From Deinococcales bacterium (GTDB lineage: Bacteria > Deinococcota > Deinococci > Deinococcales > JAAFIG01), in the NCBI GenBank assembly GCA_013298185.1, contig JAAFJQ010000002.1, positions 9,591-73,590 of the forward strand: a DNA stretch of 64,000 nucleotides. The letters run 5' to 3'. Positions 19,363 through 26,905 of the stretch are shown one piece after another (position 1 is the first letter of the stretch; each line of letters starts with the position of its first letter). The notes under the pieces were generated by a model. The model was given only the letters and a program-made list of their open reading frames with translations, was not told the origin of the DNA and did not search any database. The position numbers and the translations under genes were made by a program.

Positions 19363-19950
19363 TTAACCAACCAAAACCAGTTTTAATAAATCGGTGATGT
19401 GCTTACCAACAATTGGTTTACACAGAATCAGCACTGGGCATTCTTCAGTACCAAGCAACGGGGTCAGGTCATCTGGAAAACCAGTCAAGGCTGCCACAGG
19501 AAGGCTTGGATAGGTTTGCCTGACTTCTTTGATAAAACCAATCCCATCACGCTTATTTGGCATTCGTACATCGCTGATCACCAAATTGACCGATTCTTTT
19601 TTCAGGATGCTCAGACCCTCGATAGGTGAGGCTGCCTCGAGAACTTCGCAGTCGGCAAGCTCGAGTTCTTCGCGCAGAATTTCTCGGATCATCGGGTCAT
19701 CGTCTGCTATTAGAATGCGTGAACGATAACGAGATCTGACAAATGTGCCACGACCTTGTTCTCGAGAAATTAAGCCTTCGGCTTCGAGAACCGAAAGGGC
19801 ATGACGCACAGTCAGTGGGGCGACTTTGAATTGCAGGGCAATTTCTTTATGTGGTGGTAATTTGAACCCGATGGCTAAACTGCCAGATTTGATCTGACTT
19901 CGTAAGTCACTAACAACTCGCCCTGCTTGTTTGCCTAGTTGATAAATCAT
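19363..19950 (-). CDS. Hybrid regulator: N-terminal GntR-type wHTH + C-terminal receiver (REC) domain
   Basis: LPPHKEIALQFKVAPLTVRHALSVLEAEGLISREQGRGTFV (GntR HTH). Then ILIADDDP...LVISDVRMP...AALTGF...LCKP (REC acidic pocket, Asp, Thr, Lys). Confidence 0.75.
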   Translation of the reverse strand: MIYQLGKQAGRVVSDLRSQIKSGSLAIGFKLPPHKEIALQFKVAPLTVRHALSVLEAEGLISREQGRGTFVRSRYRSRILIADDDPMIREILREELELADCEVLEAASPIEGLSILKKESVNLVISDVRMPNKRDGIGFIKEVRQTYPSLPVAALTGFPDDLTPLLGTEECPVLILCKPIVGKHITDLLKLVLVG

Positions 19951-20213
19951 AATATTTGGCTCATTTCGACCACTGGATTTTACTCTAAAATGTTCGTAAA
20001 TGCCATATCTTCTTAAATTAAAGTAGGTTGCAAAAAATATATGAAAAGAAAAAAAGCCCGATAGGACACAATACTCGGGGTCAAAGAAAAGAGAACGTGT
20101 TTGGTCTCGAGTTCAAAAGTTTTTCAAAAACGTGCGCTGGTTCAGGTTTTTCATGATGATGACTTTCGGGGTTCTGATCACCCATGTCGAAAATGACCAG
20201 CCTCAAAAAAAAA

Positions 20214-20227
20214 TAGTGCTAGCATCA
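20214..20227. promoter_or_regulatory. Solo copy (site C) of the TAGTGCTAGCA palindrome core
   Basis: AAATAGTGCTAGCATCA, located between the GntR-REC gene (minus) and the cohesin/dockerin-alg operon (plus). No adjacent GTGTGA box found. Confidence 0.45.
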
Positions 20228-20370
20228 TTTTAGAAATCTTCAGATTTCCCAAACATTGTTCCTATCTTTTTTGCAAATAAGACCTCAGAAAAGATGGAGT
20301 TCGCGGTGCAGCCAATTGAATCATTGGTTGAGGTCAACAGCCCTATTGTGCTGTACAAAGGAGATTCGTT

Positions 20371-21936
20371 ATGTACAAAATCATATTCACACTTTTCTTG
20401 GCAATGCTCGTCAGTTGCGCCACAACGCCTGCTCCTGCTCCTGCTCCGACCACTGCGCTCAATCCCTTGAAAATCAATATCGAAGCCAGTCAGTCAGCAC
20501 TCGGTTTTAGTGCAGTTGTTCAGTTCGACCCTAAATTGCACCAATTTACAAAACTCGAGAAAGGCAAAGGGGTGCTGGGTGCAGTCAAAGAAACCAGCCC
20601 CGGGCAACTAAAAGTCAGTCTCATCTCGAGTACCTCCATACAGAACACTTGGGGTAGTCTTGAATTCAAAAGTCTTCAAGCAACCAACCAAGCCCCACAA
20701 ATTCAACCCATAGAAATTGTTACACCTGATCGAAAGGTAATCAAGCTAAACAATAACTCACGCCCTCAAGTTGCCGTGCGAACTGCCAAGCATCTAACGT
20801 TTGAGGCTTGGTTTGTGCGGCTACCGTTAGGTGACATTGACCAATCGGGTCATGTGAACATCACTGATGCTATCAACGCACTTTTGATTGATGTTGGAAC
20901 GCTTGTACCCACCAATTTTCAAATCTATATTTCCGATTTATACTCCGATGGCTTAGTGAATCTTGCCGATGCCGTTTGGATTTTGCAAAAAGCGATTAAC
21001 CCAAATTTACCAGCCCAGCCAGTGATTCACCCTGCTTACCATGCTGTTGATCTTGCTGGTGGTGAAGTATGGACGGTTTTAATTGGTAACGCTGGCAATC
21101 TCGCTTTACCTGAAATCAGTTTAACCACCGCCCAAGGTGTGACAACCGAATTGGTATCAGCCAACGCACAACACGCCATGTACCGTTTTACGCTAGACCA
21201 AGCAGCTATTTCAAACCGAATTCTGGTTGAATTTGAAGGTTATTCTCCAATCCCTTTGGTTTACACAATTGTTGATAAAATTGCCCCAGAAATTCAATTT
21301 AACAGTGGTTCGCCTGTCCAGACTGTCAACTCGAGCCGCCAGATCACTTTTGATTTTAGCGTAAGCGATAATCATGAAGTTGAGCAAATATCCATATTTG
21401 ACGGTTCACAATTGCTTCAGAATTTCCCAATCAACACAAGCTACACCTATACATTCAATACAAACCCGCACAACAATGGGGTGCATCCATTTCGTATCCA
21501 AGCTCAAGATAAAGCAGGTAACAAGGCTACTTTACCGCTTCTTATCACTGTGGATATTCAAGCCATCATTGTACACCAAACAAATTGTTATGGTGTGGCG
21601 ATAGGTCAAACTTGTCAGTTGCACGTCCGTAAAACCGGTTCTGGACTTGATTGGAAAGGCTTTGGTTTTGATCTTGACATTCCTGGATTTCAACTGACCA
21701 GTGTGAGCAGCCAAGAAGGTTGCACCACTGATTATGCCACCCTAGCAAGTTATTCATACCGCATCGGCACAATCTGTGATGCGGCTGGTGACAGTAATGC
21801 CGACCTGATGGTACTAAACCTGACCCGCACAACGCTGGGGGAAAGCACGTTTGAAGTACAAAATGCGATTCTGGCAAGTGACACTGTTCCGTCAACTACG
21901 GTCATTGTTGAAGGCGATAGTATGACCATCCAATAA
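20371..21936 (+). CDS. Lipoprotein with cohesin-like and dockerin-like modules and Ig-like repeats
   Basis: Lipobox LAMLVSC. Dockerin-type paired Ca-binding repeats DIDQSGHVNITDAINALL and DLYSDGLVNLADAVWILQ. Confidence 0.55.
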   Translation: MYKIIFTLFLAMLVSCATTPAPAPAPTTALNPLKINIEASQSALGFSAVVQFDPKLHQFTKLEKGKGVLGAVKETSPGQLKVSLISSTSIQNTWGSLEFKSLQATNQAPQIQPIEIVTPDRKVIKLNNNSRPQVAVRTAKHLTFEAWFVRLPLGDIDQSGHVNITDAINALLIDVGTLVPTNFQIYISDLYSDGLVNLADAVWILQKAINPNLPAQPVIHPAYHAVDLAGGEVWTVLIGNAGNLALPEISLTTAQGVTTELVSANAQHAMYRFTLDQAAISNRILVEFEGYSPIPLVYTIVDKIAPEIQFNSGSPVQTVNSSRQITFDFSVSDNHEVEQISIFDGSQLLQNFPINTSYTYTFNTNPHNNGVHPFRIQAQDKAGNKATLPLLITVDIQAIIVHQTNCYGVAIGQTCQLHVRKTGSGLDWKGFGFDLDIPGFQLTSVSSQEGCTTDYATLASYSYRIGTICDAAGDSNADLMVLNLTRTTLGESTFEVQNAILASDTVPSTTVIVEGDSMTIQ

Positions 21937-21948
21937 GCTCAAAGCGAG

Positions 21949-23352
21949 GTGAGTGGTATGAATTTCACATCTTATGCGTTTTTATTTGGGTTCTTACCAC
22001 TCATGTTCTTGGCGTATTGCTGTTGTCCAAAACAATCGCGCTATTTGTTGTTGCTGACGGGTAATTGCGTATTTTACGGATTGCTCGACCCTCGAGCCTT
22101 GATGGTCTTATGGGCAGTGGTTGGGTTGAGCTTTGTGGCAGGCAAAATCATTTTTGTTATCAACCACAAACGGGTTTGGTTGGTGGGTAGTGTTGTCTTG
22201 CTTTTGGGTATTTTAGGGTTTTTCAAATACGCCTACTTTGGACTCGAGATTGCCAGTGGTTTATTTGGCACGACTGAACTTTTGCATGGCTGGGAAATAC
22301 TGCTACCGATTGGCTTGAGTTTTTATGTGTTCAATGGACTGGCGTATGTGGCAGATATTTACAGCCAAAAAGCTGAACCAGAACCAAATTTTTTACGATT
22401 TGCCAGTGGGATGACCTTTTTTGCATCTTTGCTGAATGGTCCATTGTTGCTGTACTCGAGTATTGGTTCGCAGTTGCAGACTCCTGAAGTGAGCGGTCAT
22501 CAAATCCAAGATGGTATCCGGCGGTTTATTCTGGGTTTTTGTAAGAAAGTGATCATTGCAGATGCCTTTGCTCCATTGGTGCGTGAATGTTTTGCTGTTG
22601 AGGCAAGCAGTTTGGACATTTGGTTTGGTGCTTTTGTCTACAGCTTGCAGCTTTACTTTGACTTTAGTGGCTACAGCGATATGGCAATTGGATTGGCATT
22701 GATTTTTGGGATTCATTTGCCTGAAAATTTTAATCAACCTTATGCGGCTAAAAGCATCACTGAATTCTGGCAACGTTGGCACATGAGTTTATCTGCTTTC
22801 TTAAAGCAGTATGTTTATATCGGACTGGGTGGGAATCGTTGCGGTGAGTTACGAACTTATTTGCATTTGTTGTTGACGATGTTGATTGGTGGTTTATGGC
22901 ATGGTGCGAACTGGACGTTTGTCTTTTGGGGCGCTTGGAATGGGGGTTTGTTGCTGCTCGAGCGCTGGCTTGGTGTGAAGCTGAAACGCCCTCCACCTCC
23001 GGTTTGGTACGGCATTACAAAAATGTTTTTACTGGTCATGCTTGGGCGGTTGTTTTTTATTGCACCTGACCTGACCACAGCCTTTTCTTATTTTGCGGCT
23101 TTAACGGGGGAACACGGCTGGTGGCTTGGTTCAAATGTTGTGCTGTTGCTGACCCCCGAGCGATTACTGCTGCTGGTTGTGGCGGTGCTGTTGAGTTTTC
23201 CATGGTTGACATGGTTGAGTCCAAACCGTGTTGTACCACTTGGTTTGTTGGCAAACAGGGCTTATCTAGCATTGTTGTTGCCACTGTTTTGGTTAGCAAT
23301 TGGCTTGGCGGCGGCTCGGCAGGCTGTCCCGTTCTTGTATTACCGATTTTGA
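21949..23352 (+). CDS. algI: MBOAT-family polysaccharide O-acetyltransferase (AlgI-like); start may be ATG 21958
   Basis: Polytopic. FWQRWHMSLSAFLKQYVYIGLGGNR and GGLWHGANW (conserved His) are typical of AlgI/DltB. Confidence 0.85.
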   Translation: MSGMNFTSYAFLFGFLPLMFLAYCCCPKQSRYLLLLTGNCVFYGLLDPRALMVLWAVVGLSFVAGKIIFVINHKRVWLVGSVVLLLGILGFFKYAYFGLEIASGLFGTTELLHGWEILLPIGLSFYVFNGLAYVADIYSQKAEPEPNFLRFASGMTFFASLLNGPLLLYSSIGSQLQTPEVSGHQIQDGIRRFILGFCKKVIIADAFAPLVRECFAVEASSLDIWFGAFVYSLQLYFDFSGYSDMAIGLALIFGIHLPENFNQPYAAKSITEFWQRWHMSLSAFLKQYVYIGLGGNRCGELRTYLHLLLTMLIGGLWHGANWTFVFWGAWNGGLLLLERWLGVKLKRPPPPVWYGITKMFLLVMLGRLFFIAPDLTTAFSYFAALTGEHGWWLGSNVVLLLTPERLLLLVVAVLLSFPWLTWLSPNRVVPLGLLANRAYLALLLPLFWLAIGLAAARQAVPFLYYRF

Positions 23353-23359
23353 GGTGAAG

Positions 23360-24334
23360 ATGAATAAATTTCTGAATTTTGGTTTTGGGCTAACGCTTGT
23401 GATTGGCTTATTTGGATTTTTGGTTGGACAGGATTTCACGAAACATCCTTGGATGGTTCAGACCATCGGTTTTGCCAATGGTTTACGCTACTGGCTTTTA
23501 GCCACTGCTGACGATCAGGTGCATCTGGGTTCTAGTGGCTGGTTATTCTTAAATCAGGAACTGAAACTGCCCGCCGAGCCAATTCGTAACCTCGAGACTC
23601 GTGCCAGCGCGGTGCTGAGTGTGGCTAAGATTTTACAAGCTCGAGGCACAGAACTGATTGTTGTGGTTGTACCTAATAAATCGCGTATTTACCAAGACCA
23701 ACTTGGCTTCGCTTTGCCCAAAATCTTGCAACACGGGTATAGCAGATGGGTGCAAATTCTTGGGGCTAACCAGATCAAAACCGTGCAACTCGAGGTCGTT
23801 TTCTCCAAGGCGGCGCAGCAGCAACAGGTTTTTTTGAAAACCGATACGCATTGGAATACGGCAGGGGCGGCAATTGCCGCTCGAGCGGTAGCTCAGCAAA
23901 TCAAGACAAATAATTTAACTCGAGCCTCTTTTGTGACCCGAAGCCACGCTGCTCAACCATACCTTGGCGATCTGATTCATTTGATGGGTGTGGCGCAGTT
24001 ACCGCCACCTTTTCGCCCCGAGTCCGAGCTTGAAATTTCTACCAGCACCAAAAGTTTGGCGGTTGCCAATCAAGGCTTGTTGGCTGCCCCTCAAAGCCAA
24101 GTGGTGCTGGTTGGAACTTCGTATTCGCTTCGCAGTAACTTTGGGGGTGCGCTCGAGCAGGCGTTGGGTGTGAGGGTGGCAAATCTTGCTCAAGAAGGCT
24201 CTGGCTTTGAGCGGAGCATCAGGACTTTTTTACAAGACCGTGTGCTGCAAGACCACCCACCAAAAATTCTGATTTGGGAATTTGCTGAACGATTCTTGTA
24301 TTTGCCAGTTGAAGATTCGTTGTCGCTACCGTAA
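23360..24334 (+). CDS. algJ: AlgJ/AlgX-type SGNH-like O-acetyltransferase, membrane-anchored
   Basis: Start ATG 23360 (MNKFLNFGFGLTLVIGLFGFLV). GSSGWLFLNQE and TDTHWNTAGA motifs. Confidence 0.7.
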   Translation: MNKFLNFGFGLTLVIGLFGFLVGQDFTKHPWMVQTIGFANGLRYWLLATADDQVHLGSSGWLFLNQELKLPAEPIRNLETRASAVLSVAKILQARGTELIVVVVPNKSRIYQDQLGFALPKILQHGYSRWVQILGANQIKTVQLEVVFSKAAQQQQVFLKTDTHWNTAGAAIAARAVAQQIKTNNLTRASFVTRSHAAQPYLGDLIHLMGVAQLPPPFRPESELEISTSTKSLAVANQGLLAAPQSQVVLVGTSYSLRSNFGGALEQALGVRVANLAQEGSGFERSIRTFLQDRVLQDHPPKILIWEFAERFLYLPVEDSLSLP

Positions 24335-24441
24335 AGAAGAAGATTGGCTATCGTTACCGTAAAGAAGAAGATTGGCTATCGTTACCGTAAAGAAGAAGAT
24401 TGGCTATCGTTACCGTAAAGAAGAAGATTAGCTATCGTGCC
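24311..24441 (+). repeat. 28-bp tandem repeat (GTAAAGAAGAAGATTGGCTATCGTTACC), ~4 copies plus an ancestral partial copy, spanning the algJ stop to the algF RBS
   Basis: Units at 24331-24358, 24359-24386 and 24387-24414 are perfect. 24415-24441 is degenerate. 24311-24330 (the gene's 3' end) resembles the unit's 3' part. Confidence 0.9.
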
Positions 24442-24457
24442 ACAAAGAGGAGGCAAC

Positions 24458-25072
24458 ATGAAACAAATTGTATTGGGTCTGTGCTTGGTTGGTCTGGTTG
24501 CTCAAATCAGCCTCTCGAGTCCGTTGTATGCGCCTGCCCCACCTGCCAATTCAGCTTTTGTACGACTGGTGAGTACCTTGCCACAAACCACAACTTTGAA
24601 TTGGGGTGGTGTGGTGTTGTCGTTAAAGCCGAATCAAGTCAGCCCATACCGAATTTTTAAGCAAGGCAAACACCAATTACAAACGGCTCAAATCAGCCAA
24701 AGTATAGTTCTCGAGGCGGGTTTCTTTTATACAGCGATGTTGTCGGCTCGGGGCTGGTGGTTTAATCAAGACCACAGCAATGCAAGTCTCATCCAAGCCC
24801 GAATTGCGGTTTATAATACCTCGAGCCAAAGTATTCAAGTAAAAACCGCCGATGGTCAGCAGGTGTTGTGGGATCGAGTACAACCACAAAGTTACGTAAT
24901 GCAGCCGGTAAATCCTGTTAAGGTGCGCTTAGCCGTTGGTCTGGGTCAGAAAAACCTGATCTTACCCGAGAGCCAACTCGAGCCGAATAAAGCGTACAGC
25001 ATCTTTGTTTTTGGCAATCAAAAAACCAATCAAGCCATTTGGCTGGAAAACAGCACCGAGGTCAGACCATGA
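24458..25072 (+). CDS. algF: AlgF-like periplasmic acetylation protein
   Basis: Signal peptide. LYAPAPPANSAFVRLVS and VKTADGQQVLWDRVQPQSYVMQPVNPVKVRLAV resemble, from memory, P. aeruginosa AlgF (LYGPQAPKGSSFVRLLN; LKTADGKTEVV...INPVKVSLAL). RBS AGAGGAGG. Confidence 0.7.
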   Translation: MKQIVLGLCLVGLVAQISLSSPLYAPAPPANSAFVRLVSTLPQTTTLNWGGVVLSLKPNQVSPYRIFKQGKHQLQTAQISQSIVLEAGFFYTAMLSARGWWFNQDHSNASLIQARIAVYNTSSQSIQVKTADGQQVLWDRVQPQSYVMQPVNPVKVRLAVGLGQKNLILPESQLEPNKAYSIFVFGNQKTNQAIWLENSTEVRP

Positions 25073-26751
25073 AATCTGTCTTGGTGTTGGTGCTGCTTTG
25101 TGGTTTAGCGGTTGCGACTTCGTTTGGCGAATTTACGCAAACAGGGGTCAGTCAAGGCAAAAATGGTTGGTTGTTTCATATCGCCGAGTTTGGTGCTTAT
25201 CAAAACGAACAACCACAAGACATTGAAGAAAAACTAAACTATATTGCCGCCATAGCTCAGCTTCTGAAAACCCAAGGTACGCAACTTGTGGTCGCGCTTG
25301 TGCCTGCTAAAATTCATTTGTACACCAATCAACTCCCCGATGGTTTGCCGCTGACCAGTACCATCAAAAGTCGGTACGAACGGGCATTGGGGTATTTACA
25401 AAAAGCTGGGGTCACGGCGGTTGACCTCTTGACTCCGATGCGTCAAGGACAACGCCTCCAAGAGGAAACAGTCTATCCGGTCTATCAAAAACTTGATCAC
25501 CACTTCTCGAGTAGAGGGGCGCTGATTGCTGCCAAGGCGGTAGCTGATACGGTGCGGCAGGTGGTGAATTTGGCGCAGTTACCTCGGACACCATTTATCT
25601 TAAAAGCCCAAAGCCAAGAATTTTACGAACAACCCAGCTTACTCGGTCGCTTACCCAAGGTCGAGCAGAACAAATATAAAAAAGAAGCCTTTATTCCCTA
25701 TGAACTGACCCAAACCAGCAATCAGCTTTTGAACAAACCGAGTCCTGCGATGGTTTTGGTTGGTTCATCGGCTTCTAAGGGCGGCAGGTTGTGGCCCTTT
25801 GAATATGGAATTCCGTATTACCTTGGTACGGAAGTTGCCAATGCCGCCCAAATTGGACGCGGACCGTGGTTGCCACTCGAGGAGTATCTGTCTGACCTTA
25901 GTTACCAACAGCAACGTCCAAAAGTAATAATTTGGCAACTCTGGGAGGCATTTTTACTCGATGTTGACCAAGCCGAATTGCCCGAGTATTGGGCAGCTCG
26001 TTTGGGTGCATTGATTGAGGACAAAAGCGGTGGTACGACGTTAAGTGTTGTCAGTCCCACACCAACCAGCCAAGAAATTGCTGTGCCATCAGGGCTGACT
26101 GCCTTGGATTCAATTGTAGTTGAAGTCAGTAGTCAAAAACTCGAGCGTTTGGTGGTCGAATTGGTTGGGGTTGGGCAAGCTCGAAAAGTTATTTTTCGAC
26201 TTGCTGCAAGCAACACCAAACAACGCATCAAAATCCCATTGATGCTCGAGGCGCAAGTGCCAAAGACCATACGTTTACTTGCAGGTGGGCAAAACCTTAA
26301 AGTGCATCGGGCGTATGGGTATGGGCTGCATCCAATCATGGCGGGTTTGCTCGAGCCAAAAGGGCAACAAAATCTTTTGCAGCGCACCAGCCGTGTACAC
26401 CTGACTGGTTTTGCTGAGATTGAAGCCAATGGTGTGCGGTGGGCAGTGGGTCCGGAAACCAGTGTTGGGTTTTTTATCCAGCAAGCCCATCCGATCAGAC
26501 TTGAGCTTGATCTTTACAATCCAATTGCCAACCAAGAAATACGCTGGTATTTCAATGGTCAGTGGCTCGAGACTTGGCAGGCTTTGGCAGCCGGTGAACA
26601 ACGTCAAAGGCAGTGGACACTTCAGCCTGTGCTTGGTAAAAATACCTTAAAGATGATGGTCAAACACCACAATGGTTTTGGTAGTGACTTTGCTCAGGAT
26701 GATCCTCGGCAGCTTTCGGTGATGTTCAATCGTTTTGAAATTGGTTTTTAA
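25069..26751 (+). CDS. AlgX/AlgJ-like SGNH acetyltransferase with a C-terminal beta-rich (carbohydrate-binding-like) domain
   Basis: ATGA overlap with algF. Signal peptide MKSVLVLVLLCGLAVA. GKNGWLFHIAE and LDHHFSSRGA motifs. Confidence 0.65.
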   Translation: MKSVLVLVLLCGLAVATSFGEFTQTGVSQGKNGWLFHIAEFGAYQNEQPQDIEEKLNYIAAIAQLLKTQGTQLVVALVPAKIHLYTNQLPDGLPLTSTIKSRYERALGYLQKAGVTAVDLLTPMRQGQRLQEETVYPVYQKLDHHFSSRGALIAAKAVADTVRQVVNLAQLPRTPFILKAQSQEFYEQPSLLGRLPKVEQNKYKKEAFIPYELTQTSNQLLNKPSPAMVLVGSSASKGGRLWPFEYGIPYYLGTEVANAAQIGRGPWLPLEEYLSDLSYQQQRPKVIIWQLWEAFLLDVDQAELPEYWAARLGALIEDKSGGTTLSVVSPTPTSQEIAVPSGLTALDSIVVEVSSQKLERLVVELVGVGQARKVIFRLAASNTKQRIKIPLMLEAQVPKTIRLLAGGQNLKVHRAYGYGLHPIMAGLLEPKGQQNLLQRTSRVHLTGFAEIEANGVRWAVGPETSVGFFIQQAHPIRLELDLYNPIANQEIRWYFNGQWLETWQALAAGEQRQRQWTLQPVLGKNTLKMMVKHHNGFGSDFAQDDPRQLSVMFNRFEIGF

Positions 26752-26761
26752 GTACCTCCGT

Positions 26762-26794
26762 GAAATGTTTAAGCGTTTTTTGCTTAAACATTTC
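26762..26794. terminator. Perfect 13-bp-stem hairpin GAAATGTTTAAGC-GTTTTTT-GCTTAAACATTTC after the alg module
   Basis: Read directly, 11 nt after the stop at 26751. No downstream T-run, so terminator function is uncertain. Confidence 0.45.
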
Positions 26795-26817
26795 CGACCG
26801 ATGGGAGTAAGGATAGC

Positions 26818-26882
26818 GTATCTACCGCTGTAATGGCAGAATTGCCGCTTTTTGAAAATTCTAAAATGAAAGCGGTAGATAC
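26818..26882 (+). promoter_or_regulatory. Structured leader candidate upstream of the GH-A hydrolase gene
   Basis: Outer 12-bp stem GTATCTACCGCT / AGCGGTAGATAC (26818-26829, 26871-26882). It encloses the hairpin GGCAGAATTGCC + CTTTTT and an alternative AGAATT/AATTCT pairing. Confidence 0.3.
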
Positions 26883-26905
26883 TGAAGTCTTTTGCATGAG
26901 ACAAT

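Noticed and set aside
20055-20190. 34-codon His-rich minus-strand ORF (MGDQNPESHHHEKPEPAHVFEKLL...) followed by a weak hairpin and T-run in the 420-bp intergenic region
   Set aside because: There is no convincing RBS, the stem is only 5 bp, and I have no way to test conservation. Left unannotated.
24311-24441. Could the 28-bp repeats be a CRISPR array?
   Set aside because: The units are directly contiguous with no spacers. The unit is derived from the algJ 3' end, and no cas genes are nearby.
24400-24660. 86-aa plus-strand ORF covering the 28-bp tandem repeat and the algF 5' end
   Set aside because: It runs through non-coding tandem repeats and then overlaps algF out of frame. algF has a strong RBS, a signal peptide and family motifs, and this ORF has none.
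9706-26762. Short string TAAGTAYCTCC seen right after the stops at 9709 and 26751 and near 12985
   Set aside because: There are only three short occurrences. One is explained as the reverse complement of an RBS (GGAGA) for the abiEi paralogue. It is too short to separate from chance without a genome-wide count.
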